DNA of 64,000 nucleotides. Origin: Calditrichia bacterium. GTDB taxonomy: Bacteria; Calditrichota; Calditrichia; JAJRVZ01. A program made the position numbers and the translations under genes. Shown here one piece after another: positions 11,524 through 22,703 of this stretch. Every line of letters begins with the position of its first letter. Position 1 is the stretch's first letter. The stretch is taken from positions 896,001-960,000 of the forward strand of contig CAWCNS010000004.1 in assembly GCA_963796965.1 (NCBI GenBank), in the 5' to 3' direction. The notes beneath the pieces are model-generated. The model saw only the letters and a program-made list of their open reading frames with translations, made no database searches and had not been told where the DNA came from.

Positions 11524-14500
11524 ATGAAAAAGATTTTACTGTTTAGCCTAATATTTGCAGCCAATGTTTTTGGGCAATCAATAACGATTTCAGAAGGAGC
11601 ACTCAATCCGGCTGCTTCTAATGAATCGGGGAACGGTAAGAATATTGTCATGCTGCAATTGCAGTTGGATGCAGGTTCTGATGAAGACGTGGTTGTTACC
11701 AGCCTTCGCCTTACCCCAACATCATCTGGCTTTCGTACGGATGAGATAGAGGGACCGGATATCCGCATATATAACGATGTCAATAACAATGGTATCCTGG
11801 AAACAGATATTGATGAATTTATTGCTTCAGGAAATTATGCAGGAAATGCCTGGAATCCGCCCTCTGCATCTACCCTCACAATTCCGGATTATGTTATCCC
11901 GGCGAGCGGAACACAAAACTGGCTGATCATGAATAGTTTCGTGAATGGTGATGCTAGTGATTATATTGAAGTGGCTGTATCTCAAAATTCTGATGTGGTA
12001 GCCGAAGGCTATACGTCAAGTTCACCGGCAACAATTACAGGTGCGGCTGTTAATGGTAACCGTAAAACTGTTACCGCTACAACTTCAGCTGGTGCCTTAT
12101 TTATTGGTGCGGGGGGGAACAATACGATCTCCAGAAATATTGAAGATGGTGCACAAGATGAAGTAATGCTTCAGGTCAGCCTAACTGCTAGTACTTTGGA
12201 AAATATTGATATTACCGATATTACGTTTGATATGAGTGGAACAGGTGATGAGAGTAATGATCTTATCAGAGCAAGATTATATAATGATATTGATGGAGAC
12301 GGGCAATTAAATGAATCCATGGATACCCAAATCGGAAGTTCTATTTTTAGTTTTACAAATGATGGTCAACTCCAATTCTCAAGCTTATCAGAAACGGTCA
12401 CAGCTGGAACAAGTGAGGATTGGATTGTTGTTTATGATTATGATGGCAGCCAAACGGCACCACCGGATAATTTTCAGACGACTTTAACAAATAATACCGA
12501 CATAACTGCTACGGGTGGTAGTAGTAGTCTTTCCATAACTCCAAGTGGTGCACCTGTAGCAGGTGGTTTATCAACTGTGTCTGCTATAGGTACGCTGGTC
12601 CTTTCAGCAGGATCAAATAATCCATTAGCAACTACGATTTCTTCTGATGCCAGTAACATATCAATGCTGCAGTTAAATATGAGTGCCGGCTCAACAGAAG
12701 ATGTGAACATTTCTGCTATTACCTTCACAACTACTGGAAGCGGAGATGAAAGTGCTGATCTTGATTCCGTAAGATTGTTTCAGGATGTGAATGGGAATGG
12801 GGCTTATGACCTTGGGATCGATCTGCAAATTGGATCGACACTTACCAGTTTTACTGATGATGGGGATCTTGTTTTTTCAAGTTTAAGCGAACAAGTGTCA
12901 GCAGGTGCCAGTGAAGACTGGCTGGTAGTATATTATTTTAATGGAACAGCAAGTTCCACAGAAACCTTCCGGGCCTCTCTGGATCAGAACAGCGATATGA
13001 CGGCGACTGGCGATGGCAGTGGATCAGGCATAACGCCCACGGGTTCCCCTGTATACGGAAATGATAAATCCATTTCATCGACAGGAACATTAACTATGGC
13101 CATAGGTCCAAATAATGCGGGGGCTGAAAATGTAGATGGTACATCTCAAAATATTGTAATGATGCAATTGCAATTGCAGGCCAGTGCTGTAGAGGATATT
13201 CAAATTAATAGTCTGTCACTTACGACAGGTGGTTCTGGATTTCGGAATGATGAAGTTGTAAGTCCGGATATCAGAATTTATCGTGATATGAATAATAATG
13301 GCGTTTTTGACACAGGGATTGATGAGTTGATCATTACACAGAATTATGTAGGTAATGCCTGGAATTTTCCAGGGAATACAACAATAAATTTGACAAACCG
13401 TTATATCTATGCAGGAGCAACGGAGAATTGGCTGATTGTTAATAATTTTGTTAACGGTGATCTCGGGGATAATCTTGAACTTTCTCTGGTAAACAATAGC
13501 GATATTAGTGCCACTGGTGTAACGAGTAGCCAGTCTGTAAATGTAAACGGTGCCACACTTAATGGTGGGGCTAAAACAGTTGTAAATGGAACGACCCCGG
13601 GAACACTCTCCATGGCGTTAGGACCGAATGATCCAGGATTTCAAAATATCCTTCCGGGAGCCACCAACAAATCAATGATTGATTTACAGACTATCAGCCT
13701 CTTCAGAGGACATTAATATTAGTGAGATTACATTTGTTAGCAGCGGAACAGGTGACGAAGGAACCGATCTGGATTCTGTCCGATTGGTCCAGGATGCAAA
13801 TGGTGATGGTGTTTATAATCCTATTGATTATGATCGCCAAATTGGAGCCACATTAACTGTTCTTGGCGACGACGGAAATCTGGTATTTTCTAATTTGGAT
13901 GAAACCGTACCTGAGGGTGAAAGTGTGAATTGGCTAATCCTCTATGATTTTGATCCTCTCCAAACCACGATTGGCGAAACATATCAAGTAGCACTTAGTG
14001 GTAATCTGGCGATTGTTGATACAGGTGTGACAACAAATGATGCCAGTATTAACACGGGAGCACCTTTATATGGTGGAATTGGTACGATATCTCAAACAGG
14101 TAGTATTACACAAGGTATGTATAATCCGGAAGCCCATAATATTGCTGCTGCAGAGCAAAATCTGGTTATGCTTCAGTTAAATCTGGCTGCTTCGGATGTG
14201 GAAGATATTGATGTTTCTGCTATAACATTTACCACAGCGGGAACAGCTAATGAGAGTACAGATTTAGATTCTGTTCGTTTATTTTTTGACACGAATAATA
14301 ATGGAAATCTCGACATTGGTATCGACACACAGATCGGTTCAACTGGTGAGACATTTACAGATAATGGTACGATTACTTTTTCCGGGCTGAGTGAACAGGT
14401 TGAGGCTGAAAATTCAGTGAACTGGATCGTCGTTTATAACCTCAATGGTCTGGCTTCAGCAAGTGAAACCTTCAGAGTCTATGTTGCGCAGAATCAAGGA

Positions 14501-17500
14501 TCTTGAGGCCACAGGTATATCAAGTATAACGACCATTATTCCTGTAGGAGCACCGGTTAATGGAAATGCAATGACGATATCCTCCACGGGTGCGTTGACG
14601 ATAGCGCTTGGTGATAATAATCCGGGAGATGAGAATATCAGCGGTGGTGCTCAGAATGTTACGATGGCGCAGTTACGCTTATCGGCCAGTGCGGTAGAGG
14701 ATATTGAGATAAACAGTATCGCGATAACGACGACGGGAAGTGGCATCCGTAATGATGAAGTTGTCAGTCCTGATATGCGCATTTATAAAGATGTGAACAA
14801 TAACGGCGTTTACGAATCATCGATAGATGAGTTGATAACGACGCAGGACTATGTTGGTAATGCCTGGAATTTTCCAGGAAATACGACGTTGACCTTTTCC
14901 AGCCGCTATATCTATGCGGGGACAACAGAGAACTGGTTGATTGTCAATAATTATGTAAATGGTGATGTGAATGATAATCTTGCCTTATCGATCGTGAACA
15001 ACAGTGATGTGACGGCAACGGGTGTATCCAGCGCTGCTGGTGTCAATGTTACAGGTGCAACATTGAATGCCGGTGTGAAGACGGTTACAGCAGGTGGCAG
15101 CGCAGGTTCCTTAGCCTTGTCTTTAGGTGCCAATGATCCGGGATATCATAATATTGCCTCGGGTGCGTCAGAGGAGGTTATGCTTGATCTGCAGTTAACC
15201 TCTGGATCAGAAGCCGTTCAGATCAGCGAGATAGGATTTACAATGAGCGGTTCGGGTAATGAGAGTGTCGATGTTGATTCCGTACGTTTAATTGAAGATG
15301 TGAATGGTGACGGCCGCTTTAATCCATTGGATTATGACCGTCAGATAGGATCCACTTTAAGCGGATTAGATGATGATGGTAATCTGATATTTAGTGGTCT
15401 GAGTGAGATTATCAACCAGGGAGAATCAGAAGACTGGCTGGTTTTATATGATTTTGATGGTGCTCAGACCATAAATGGAGAGACCTATCAGGTCCATGTG
15501 TCCGGGAATGCAGCGGTTGTGGATACTGGTGTTACCAGTGGAGAAGCGATTACCAATACGGGAGCTCCATTGTCGGGTGGAATCGGTACGATATCTGCTA
15601 CGGGTAGTTTAAGTATCATGGCTGGTCCCGGAAATCCCCAGGCAAAATATATCTCTTCATCGGAACAGAATTTAGTGATGATGCAGATTGCCTTATCCGC
15701 AACAGCTACAGAGGCGGTAGATATTACATCTGCTTCATTTACGGCATCAGGTACAGCCAATGAAAGTACGGACCTGGATTCAGCGCGGTTATATTTTGAT
15801 GTAAACACCAATGGTGTTCTGGATTTGGGCATCGATCGTCAATTAGGTTCTACCCTAACAAGTTTTACAGATAATGGAAACCTGACTTTTGGTAGTCTGA
15901 CTGAGCAGATAGCAGCAGATGGCTCGGCCCTTTGGTTGGTGATTTACAATCTTGCCGGTAATGGTTCTGCTGATGAGAGTTTTCGTAGTTACGTAGCGCA
16001 GGGCAGTGATATAACAGCCACAGGTGCTACCAGCAGTAACGCGATAGTTCCATCAGGGACGCCGGTTCAGGGTAATGCGATGACGATATCTTCCACGGGT
16101 GCTTTAACGATAGCGCTTGGTGATAATAATCCGGGAGATGAGAATATCAGCGGTGGTGCTCAGAATGTTACGATGGCGCAGTTACGCTTATCGGCCAGTG
16201 CGGTAGAGGATATTGAGATAAACAGTATCGCGATAACGACGACGGGAAGTGGCATCCGTAATGATGAAGTTGTCAGTCCTGATATGCGCATTTATAAAGA
16301 TGTGAACAATAACGGCGTTTACGAATCATCGATAGATGAGTTGATAACGACGCAGGACTATGTTGGTAATGCCTGGAATTTTCCAGGAAATACGACGTTG
16401 ACCTTTTCCAGCCGCTATATCTATGCGGGGACAACAGAGAACTGGTTGATTGTCAATAATTATGTAAATGGTGATGTGAATGATAATCTTGCCTTATCGA
16501 TCGTGAACAACAGTGATGTGACGGCAACGGGTGTATCCAGCGCTGCTGGTGTCAATGTTACAGGTGCAACATTGAATGCCGGTGTGAAGACGGTTACAGC
16601 AGGAACAATACCGGGTACCCTGAGTTTGGCGGTTGGTGGTAGCGATCCGGGTTATCGCAATATACCGCCGGGTAGCAGTAGTGAGGTTATGTTTCAATTA
16701 TTGCTTTCTGCCGGATCGAATGAAGCAATTGATATCAGTGAAGTAACCTTATCTACAAGTGGTACAGGCAATGAGAGCACGGATATAGATTCCATACGAT
16801 TATATAATGATGTAGATGGAAATGGTGTTCTAAATTTACTCATGGATAGTCAAATAGCTCCAACTCTTACATCTTTCACAGATAATGGAGATATCGTTTT
16901 CTCCAGTTTGAATCAAATGCTCTCTGCAGGATCGAGTGCCAACTGGATTGTTGTTTATGATTTTAATATTACGGAGACAGGCAATGGTGAAACGTATCAA
17001 CTTAGTTTACCTTCAAATGGTTCTGTAGTAGATACTGGTGTAACCAGCGGACTTCCAATTTCTAATTCGGGAGCGCCTCTCCAAAGCGGCATTGCAACAA
17101 TTTCAAATGTGGGAGCATTAGCAGTTGTTAATGGCGATGCTAATCCCGTTGCGCGTACCATTTCCTCAACCGAACAATCGCTGTCAATGTATCAGATGAA
17201 ATTATCGGCCAATCTTGCAGAAGATGTTGAGATCACATCTATAACATTTAATCAAAGTGGGACTGCTGGGGAGTCGACCGATATCGATTCTGTAAAATTA
17301 TATTCGGATGTAAATGACAACGGTATATATGATCCGGCGTATGATTTACAAATTGGGTCTACACTATCTTCATTTGGCGATGATAGTCTGATCACATTTG
17401 ATGGATATACAGAAACCATATCTGCTGGTACTTCAGAACATTGGTTAGTTATTTACTATTTAAATGGTAATGCCGCGGCAGGTGAGACATTCAGGGTATC

Positions 17501-20500
17501 TATCTCTCAAGCAACCCAAATTAATGCGATGGGTACTTCTTCATTGCAAAGCATATTAGCTTCAGGTCCGCCAATTGGTGGTAATAGTATGACTGTATCG
17601 GCCGACGGTTCTCTCGTAATGGCTCTCGGTACTACAAATCCAGGTACTGAAAATATTAATGGAAGTTCAAAAAACATTACAATGATGGCACTTTCTCTCA
17701 CGACAAATAATGTTGAAGATCTAACGATCAGCAGTATTCAGCTGACTCCAGGCAGCAGTGGATTCAGGTTAGATGAGATTGATGCCCCGGATGTAAGTAT
17801 CTATGAAGATGTTAATCTTAATGGGAGTTATGATGCTGCAATTGACCGGTTTATTATCTCCGGCAATTATTCTGGCAATGCTTGGAACGCTCCAGGTAAT
17901 ATTACTTTAGGAATTAGTAATGAGACTATTGCAGCCAACTCGACTGTGCAATGGCTAATCATTCACAGTTTTACTAATGGTGACGTGAATGATTGGATTG
18001 AGATCTCCATGGTAGAAAATAGCCACCTTAGTGCTACCGGTGTGGTGTCTGGAAATCCTGCGAATGTTTCAGGAGCCAGTCTGGCTGGTGGGCGCAAAAC
18101 TGTTGTTAGTGGTACAACACCTGGAACGCTTACCATTACTGCAGGTGCAAATAATCCGGCCTATCGTTATATCAGCAGAGGTGCCCAGGATGAAGTGATG
18201 ATCCAATTGCAAATGGCCGCAAGTCCGGTCGAGGATATCCGGGTTTCTTCATTACTTTTCGAAGCCTCCGGAAGTGGCGATGAAAGTACAGATGTTGATT
18301 CGGTCAGATTGTTTATTGATAACAACAACAATGGCGCTTTGGATATTTTGTCAGATACAAAAGTTGGAACAACTATCACATCTTTAACAGATAATGGTTC
18401 GTTCTCATTCAGCGGAATCTCGGAAGTGATTACTGGCGGTACATCCGAAAACTGGATTGTGGTTTATGATTACGATCTTGCTGAAAACGCTTTGTTAGAG
18501 TCGTTTAGAGTTACATTGCCAGGTACAGATGCTGTTGCTGATACTGGTGAAACAAGCGGGCAGGCGATTACACCAGCAGGACCACCAATTCAGGGTGGAG
18601 AGGCTGTAATATCAGAAACCGGTACTCTTACGTTAACAGCAGGTGCAGCTAATCCGGGTAATACGAATATTGCCGGTGATGAATCCGATCTGGAAGTGGT
18701 CCAGGTTGCTCTAACTGTTGGACCGAATGAAGATGTGACAATATCTTCAGCACGATTTTCTGTCGGCGGAACATTTGATGACGCCAATGATTTTGTGACT
18801 GGTTCAATACAACTCTATCTGGATGATAATGGGAATGGACAGCTCGACGGAGGAGATACACAATTGGGTTCAGATCAAAGTTGGTCAGGGAATAATGGAG
18901 TAGTAACTTTTTCAGGACTTGATCAGACCATAACACAAAACACAACACAAAACTGGATTGTTGTTTGTGATTTAAGTGGAACCGCATCAACTGGAGAAAA
19001 CTTCCGTGTTTCATTAGAATCGGATACGGATATATCGGCTACCGGTGATGTAACAACAAATTCTGTTTTTGCTACCGGGGCACCTGTTGCAGGTGGGCTT
19101 TTCTCCATATCCAATACAGGTAGTATGACCCTTGTCATCGGTACAAATAATCCATCCGGCACTCTGGAATCTGCTGCAGCGACAAATCTGGTTATGCAAC
19201 AACTGGCCCTGTCAGCAGCTCTGTAGAGAACATTGCAGTAAATAGCATAACATTTACCGCAGATGGAACGGCTGATGATGCAAATGATCTTACGGGTGTT
19301 TCATTGTACCGAGATCTTGACAATAATGGTCAACTGGATGGAACGGACACACAGATCGATGTGCAACAAACCTATGCAGCAAATAATGGGACCGTTACCT
19401 TCAATACAATCGGTGATACGGTTGAAGCGGGAACTACTGTTAATTGGCTTGTAGTTTATGATTTGAACGGATCTGGCTCTGAGGATGAGACATTTAGGGT
19501 CGGTATATACAATGCTGCAAATCTCACGCTTGTAGGCGCAACATCGACTCAAAGCATCTCAGCAAATGGTACTCCGAGTGTAGGAAATTATAAAACGATT
19601 TCTTCTACGGGTAGCATGACTGTCGCTGTCGGTGATCATAACCCGGCTTCTGCGTACGTCGACAATGAAAATCTCGCTAATATAGAAATGCTTCAGTTCC
19701 GTTTAACCACTAGTAGTGTTGAAGCCGTGGATATTAATGATGTTACCCTTACCCATCAGGGAAGTGGCGATCCCTCAACTGATGTTCTTGGAACTGCTTT
19801 ATACCGGGATGAGAACAATGATGGTATCGTCGATGGTGGTGATACGCAGTTGGCTACCGCCAGTTATAGTGGAACTACAGTAACTTTTAATCTGACCGGT
19901 GTGAGCATCTCTGCAAGCAGCACAGAATACTGGCTTGTCGCCTATAACTTTGCTGCCGGGATATCAACTGGAAGCGGTTTTATTGCTTCCTTGCAAGTTG
20001 CCACAGATGTTGATGCGACTGGCGGGACCTCATTGAATACAATAATTCCAACAGGTACTTTCCCTGTATCAGGTGGAACCCAGACAATGACAGCATATTC
20101 AAATTTGACTATTGCTAATTCAGATCTTGGCGCTTCTCCTGTACCTGGTGCAACGGATGTTGGATTGATGCAAATAAATCTAAGTGTAGACAAGAACACA
20201 TCGACACTTTTCAGCATTCAAGTGGATAATCGTGCTGTAACAGGTACTTCTGATGCACTGGATCTTGATTTGATCAAAGTCTATCTCGAAAATGGTACAT
20301 CTGCGGGATTTCAGCCAGGACAAGATCAGCTCCTGGGAAGCAGCTCAGTGACTGGTGCTTCAGGTGGATCCGCTACTGTAAGCCTTGGTTCCGGGTTAAG
20401 TGTTGCATTTGGTTCACCTGAAATAATCTATATTGCCTATGATATTTCTACAACAGCAGATCCAACGAACAGTATTGGTGTATTAATAAACTCTACAAGT

Positions 20501-21190
20501 TATCTAAGTGTAGAATCACCAGAAACGAATTTGAATCCGGCTAATTTTCCAATAAGTAGTGGTCAGGATTACAGTTTGCCAGTGGAGTTGGTTTCATTCA
20601 CGGCCTCTTCGGACCCGGGTGTTATATTAGTTGAATGGATTACAGCAAGTGAGCTGAATAACCAGGGATTTGAAATTCAGCGGCGCATCCATAAGGGAAA
20701 AGATGGATTTGAGAAAATCTCCAGTTATGATTCAAATCCTGATTTGGAAGGCCAACTAAGTTCTGCAAATGAAAAACAATATGTTTTTGCAGATACTCAC
20801 GTAGAGAAAGATAGCACCTATGAATACCAATTGGTTCAGGTGGATTTGGATGGATCCAGGCATTATTCTTCCTTATCTGTTGTTGCTACCGCTCTGGAAA
20901 AACTACCGAGGGATTTTGCCTTAAAGCAAAACTATCCAAATCCGTTTAACCCACAAACAACGGTTGAATTTCATCTTCCCGTGGATGCCCGGGTTACGAT
21001 CGAGATTTATGATATCCTTGGAAAAAAAGTTATAAATTTAATTGATGAGAAAAATTACAAGGCCGGTCGATGGGAAGTTGTTTGGGACGGTAAAAACAAA
21101 CACCATAATCGCGTGGCTTCCGGCATTTATTTTTATCGAATCTCCGCGAAAAAATTTAGCAAAATTATGAAGATGATGATGGTGAAATAA
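11524..21190 (+). CDS. Giant T9SS cargo adhesin-like protein, ~3220 aa, 18 acidic ~170 aa modules with Dx[DN]x[DN]G motifs, LPVEL domain and Por secretion tail (frameshifts near 13690, 14498, 19221)
   Basis: Four consecutive ORFs join in the middle of modules; signal peptide MKKILLFSLIFAANVFG; repeated VRLYxDxNxNGxxD and WLVVY; C-terminal GQDYSLPVELVSF and NYPNPFNPQTTVEF...VASGIYFYRI. Confidence 0.85.
14598..15094 (+). repeat. Intragenic direct repeat, copy 1 (497 bp)
   Basis: Appears nucleotide-identical to 16107-16603 (offset 1509) by line-by-line comparison. Confidence 0.9.
16107..16603 (+). repeat. Intragenic direct repeat, copy 2 (497 bp)
   Basis: Appears nucleotide-identical to 14598-15094. 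Confidence 0.9.
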
Positions 21191-21232
21191 TTCTGAGTGC
21201 TCAGTATTCGGTTCTATATCCTAGGTGCTCTA
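21191..21232 (+). repeat. Degenerate heptamer array
   Basis: TTCTGAG TGCTCAG TATTCGG TTCTATA TCCTAGG TGCTCTA immediately after the stop codon. Confidence 0.55.
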
Positions 21233-21235
21233 AAA

Positions 21236-21278
21236 AAGAAAAACGGGATGCTCTCTTTGAGGTGTCCCGTTTCTTTAT
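21236..21278. terminator. Probably bidirectional Rho-independent terminator
   Basis: AAACGGGATGC...GTGTCCCGTTT hairpin with A-rich 5' and T-rich 3' flanks, between convergent genes. Confidence 0.7.
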
Positions 21279-21341
21279 TAGGAGAAAAAGAGGATAACTT
21301 TCACTCTCTTTAGCTGGATAGAAAAGGTACTGGTTGATACC

Positions 21342-21369
21342 TTCAATATTCAATGTTCATTGTTCAATC
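21342..21369. repeat. Degenerate heptamer array (TTCAATR-like) x4
   Basis: TTCAATA TTCAATG TTCATTG TTCAATC just downstream of the lptG stop. Confidence 0.6.
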
Positions 21370-21374
21370 TGCAG

Positions 21375-22451
21375 TTACTGCCGTGCTGTAATATTTGTAT
21401 AAATTCCGCCAATACCAAAAATAATATTACCAAGCCATGCACCCAACCAGGGCTCGAGAGTGCCCTGATGCCCCATAACCTGGCCCATACGAATAAAGAG
21501 AAAATAAATAAAACATATGAGTAAACTGATACCGATTCCAACCGCAGTACCACTCCTTCGCTTTCGGGCAGCTATGGGTGCCCCAAATAGCACAATAACG
21601 AAATTTGCAAATGGATATGATATTTTAAAATACAGTTCTACAATCCATTTTCGAACTTCTGCCCCTATTTGTGTCATCTCATTAATAAATTCCTTCAATT
21701 CAAGATAACTCATTTCCTCCGGTTGCTTTTGTAATTCAAGTAAACTGGCAGGCTTAAATGTAAGATCAGATTGGATTATTTTGATGTTTTTTTGTACGTA
21801 GAGAACTGAATCCGTGAAGATACGCTCATTCACATTATGCAAAACCCAATGTTGATCAACCCAATTAAATTTTTCCGCATCTATTCGTCTTGTTAAGCGT
21901 CGGCCATCAAAGTATTGCAAACTTATTTTTTTACCTTCATTCTTAGTACCATCAAAAAAAGCTATGGATATTTTTCTGTCTCCCTTATCCTGAAGGTAAA
22001 TATCATTTCGTCGGGTTCCTTTGTTTTTAGGATGTTTCTGTATGTCATAGCGGTATAGATCTAACCTGGCCTGGTTTGTCCATGGTACGACAAACTCATT
22101 AAAAAAACCTGCACCAATACTAATGATAAAAGCTAAAATGAATAGAGGGAGAAAAATTCTATAGAGACTTATACCCGAACTTTTTTGAGCTACAATTTCA
22201 TTGTGTTGCGACATGCTACCTAAGGAAAACAGGCAGGCAAGCAACATGGCCACCGGCAGGGTTAGGTTTATTATGTAAGGTATGTAATAAATATAGTACA
22301 TACCTACCTGGAAAACAGTAGCATCGCGATCAATAAACTTGTCAATATTCTCGATTAGGTCCACAACAAGAAATATGATTACAAATGCACCTATTGAGAA
22401 TAAGAGGTTTATAATAAATTTCTTCAGGAGATATTTATCTAAAACTGTCAT
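21375..22451 (-). CDS. lptG: LPS export ABC transporter permease LptG
   Basis: LDKYLLKKF start, LPVAMLLACLFSLGSMSQHNEIVAQKSSGISLYRI, PEEMSYLEL, KISYPFANFVIVLFGAP; 3+3 TM YjgP/Q layout. Confidence 0.9.
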   Translation of the reverse strand: MTVLDKYLLKKFIINLLFSIGAFVIIFLVVDLIENIDKFIDRDATVFQVGMYYIYYIPYIINLTLPVAMLLACLFSLGSMSQHNEIVAQKSSGISLYRIFLPLFILAFIISIGAGFFNEFVVPWTNQARLDLYRYDIQKHPKNKGTRRNDIYLQDKGDRKISIAFFDGTKNEGKKISLQYFDGRRLTRRIDAEKFNWVDQHWVLHNVNERIFTDSVLYVQKNIKIIQSDLTFKPASLLELQKQPEEMSYLELKEFINEMTQIGAEVRKWIVELYFKISYPFANFVIVLFGAPIAARKRRSGTAVGIGISLLICFIYFLFIRMGQVMGHQGTLEPWLGAWLGNIIFGIGGIYTNITARQ

Positions 22452-22492
22452 AGTTTAATAGTTTTCTCTGTTGATAAATTCATAGCACAAAT

Positions 22493-22585
22493 CAAAGCCG
22501 CAAACAAATGGTATTGTCTTTCTGTCGGAATCTTCCTCCTTGCTGAGAATGATTCTTCACGTGGAAAGATCCCTTCTGAATGACA
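22493..22585. repeat. Dispersed composite repeat, copy 1 (GTCATTC-type palindromic unit with shared flank)
   Basis: CAAAGCCGCAAACAAATGGTATTGTCTTT matches 55745-55773 at 25/29; imperfect inverted ends TGTCTTTCTG / CTGAATGACA. Confidence 0.6.
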
Positions 22586-22703
22586 TTGAACAGTTGCTAA
22601 AAAAACAAAGTATTTTGCATCAAACGCGTAATACTGCATAAGATCGCAAATAAAAGTCAAAGAAGTCTAAAAATCAGCTAGAGTAATTTTCTTGTATCTT
22701 TAA

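Noticed and set aside
14598..16603. 497 bp repeat pair as a diversity-generating retroelement TR/VR
   Set aside because: Copies are identical with no adenine-specific mismatches, both are in-frame coding modules, and no reverse transcriptase is present
3755..20217. Numerous 60-120 aa ORFs nested in or antisense to the giant cargo genes
   Set aside because: Expected shadow ORFs of repetitive Ser/Thr/Gly-rich coding sequence; no independent motifs
22448..22660. 70 aa ORF between lptF and lptG
   Set aside because: Translation of the palindromic repeat element (CHSEGIFPREES), not a credible protein
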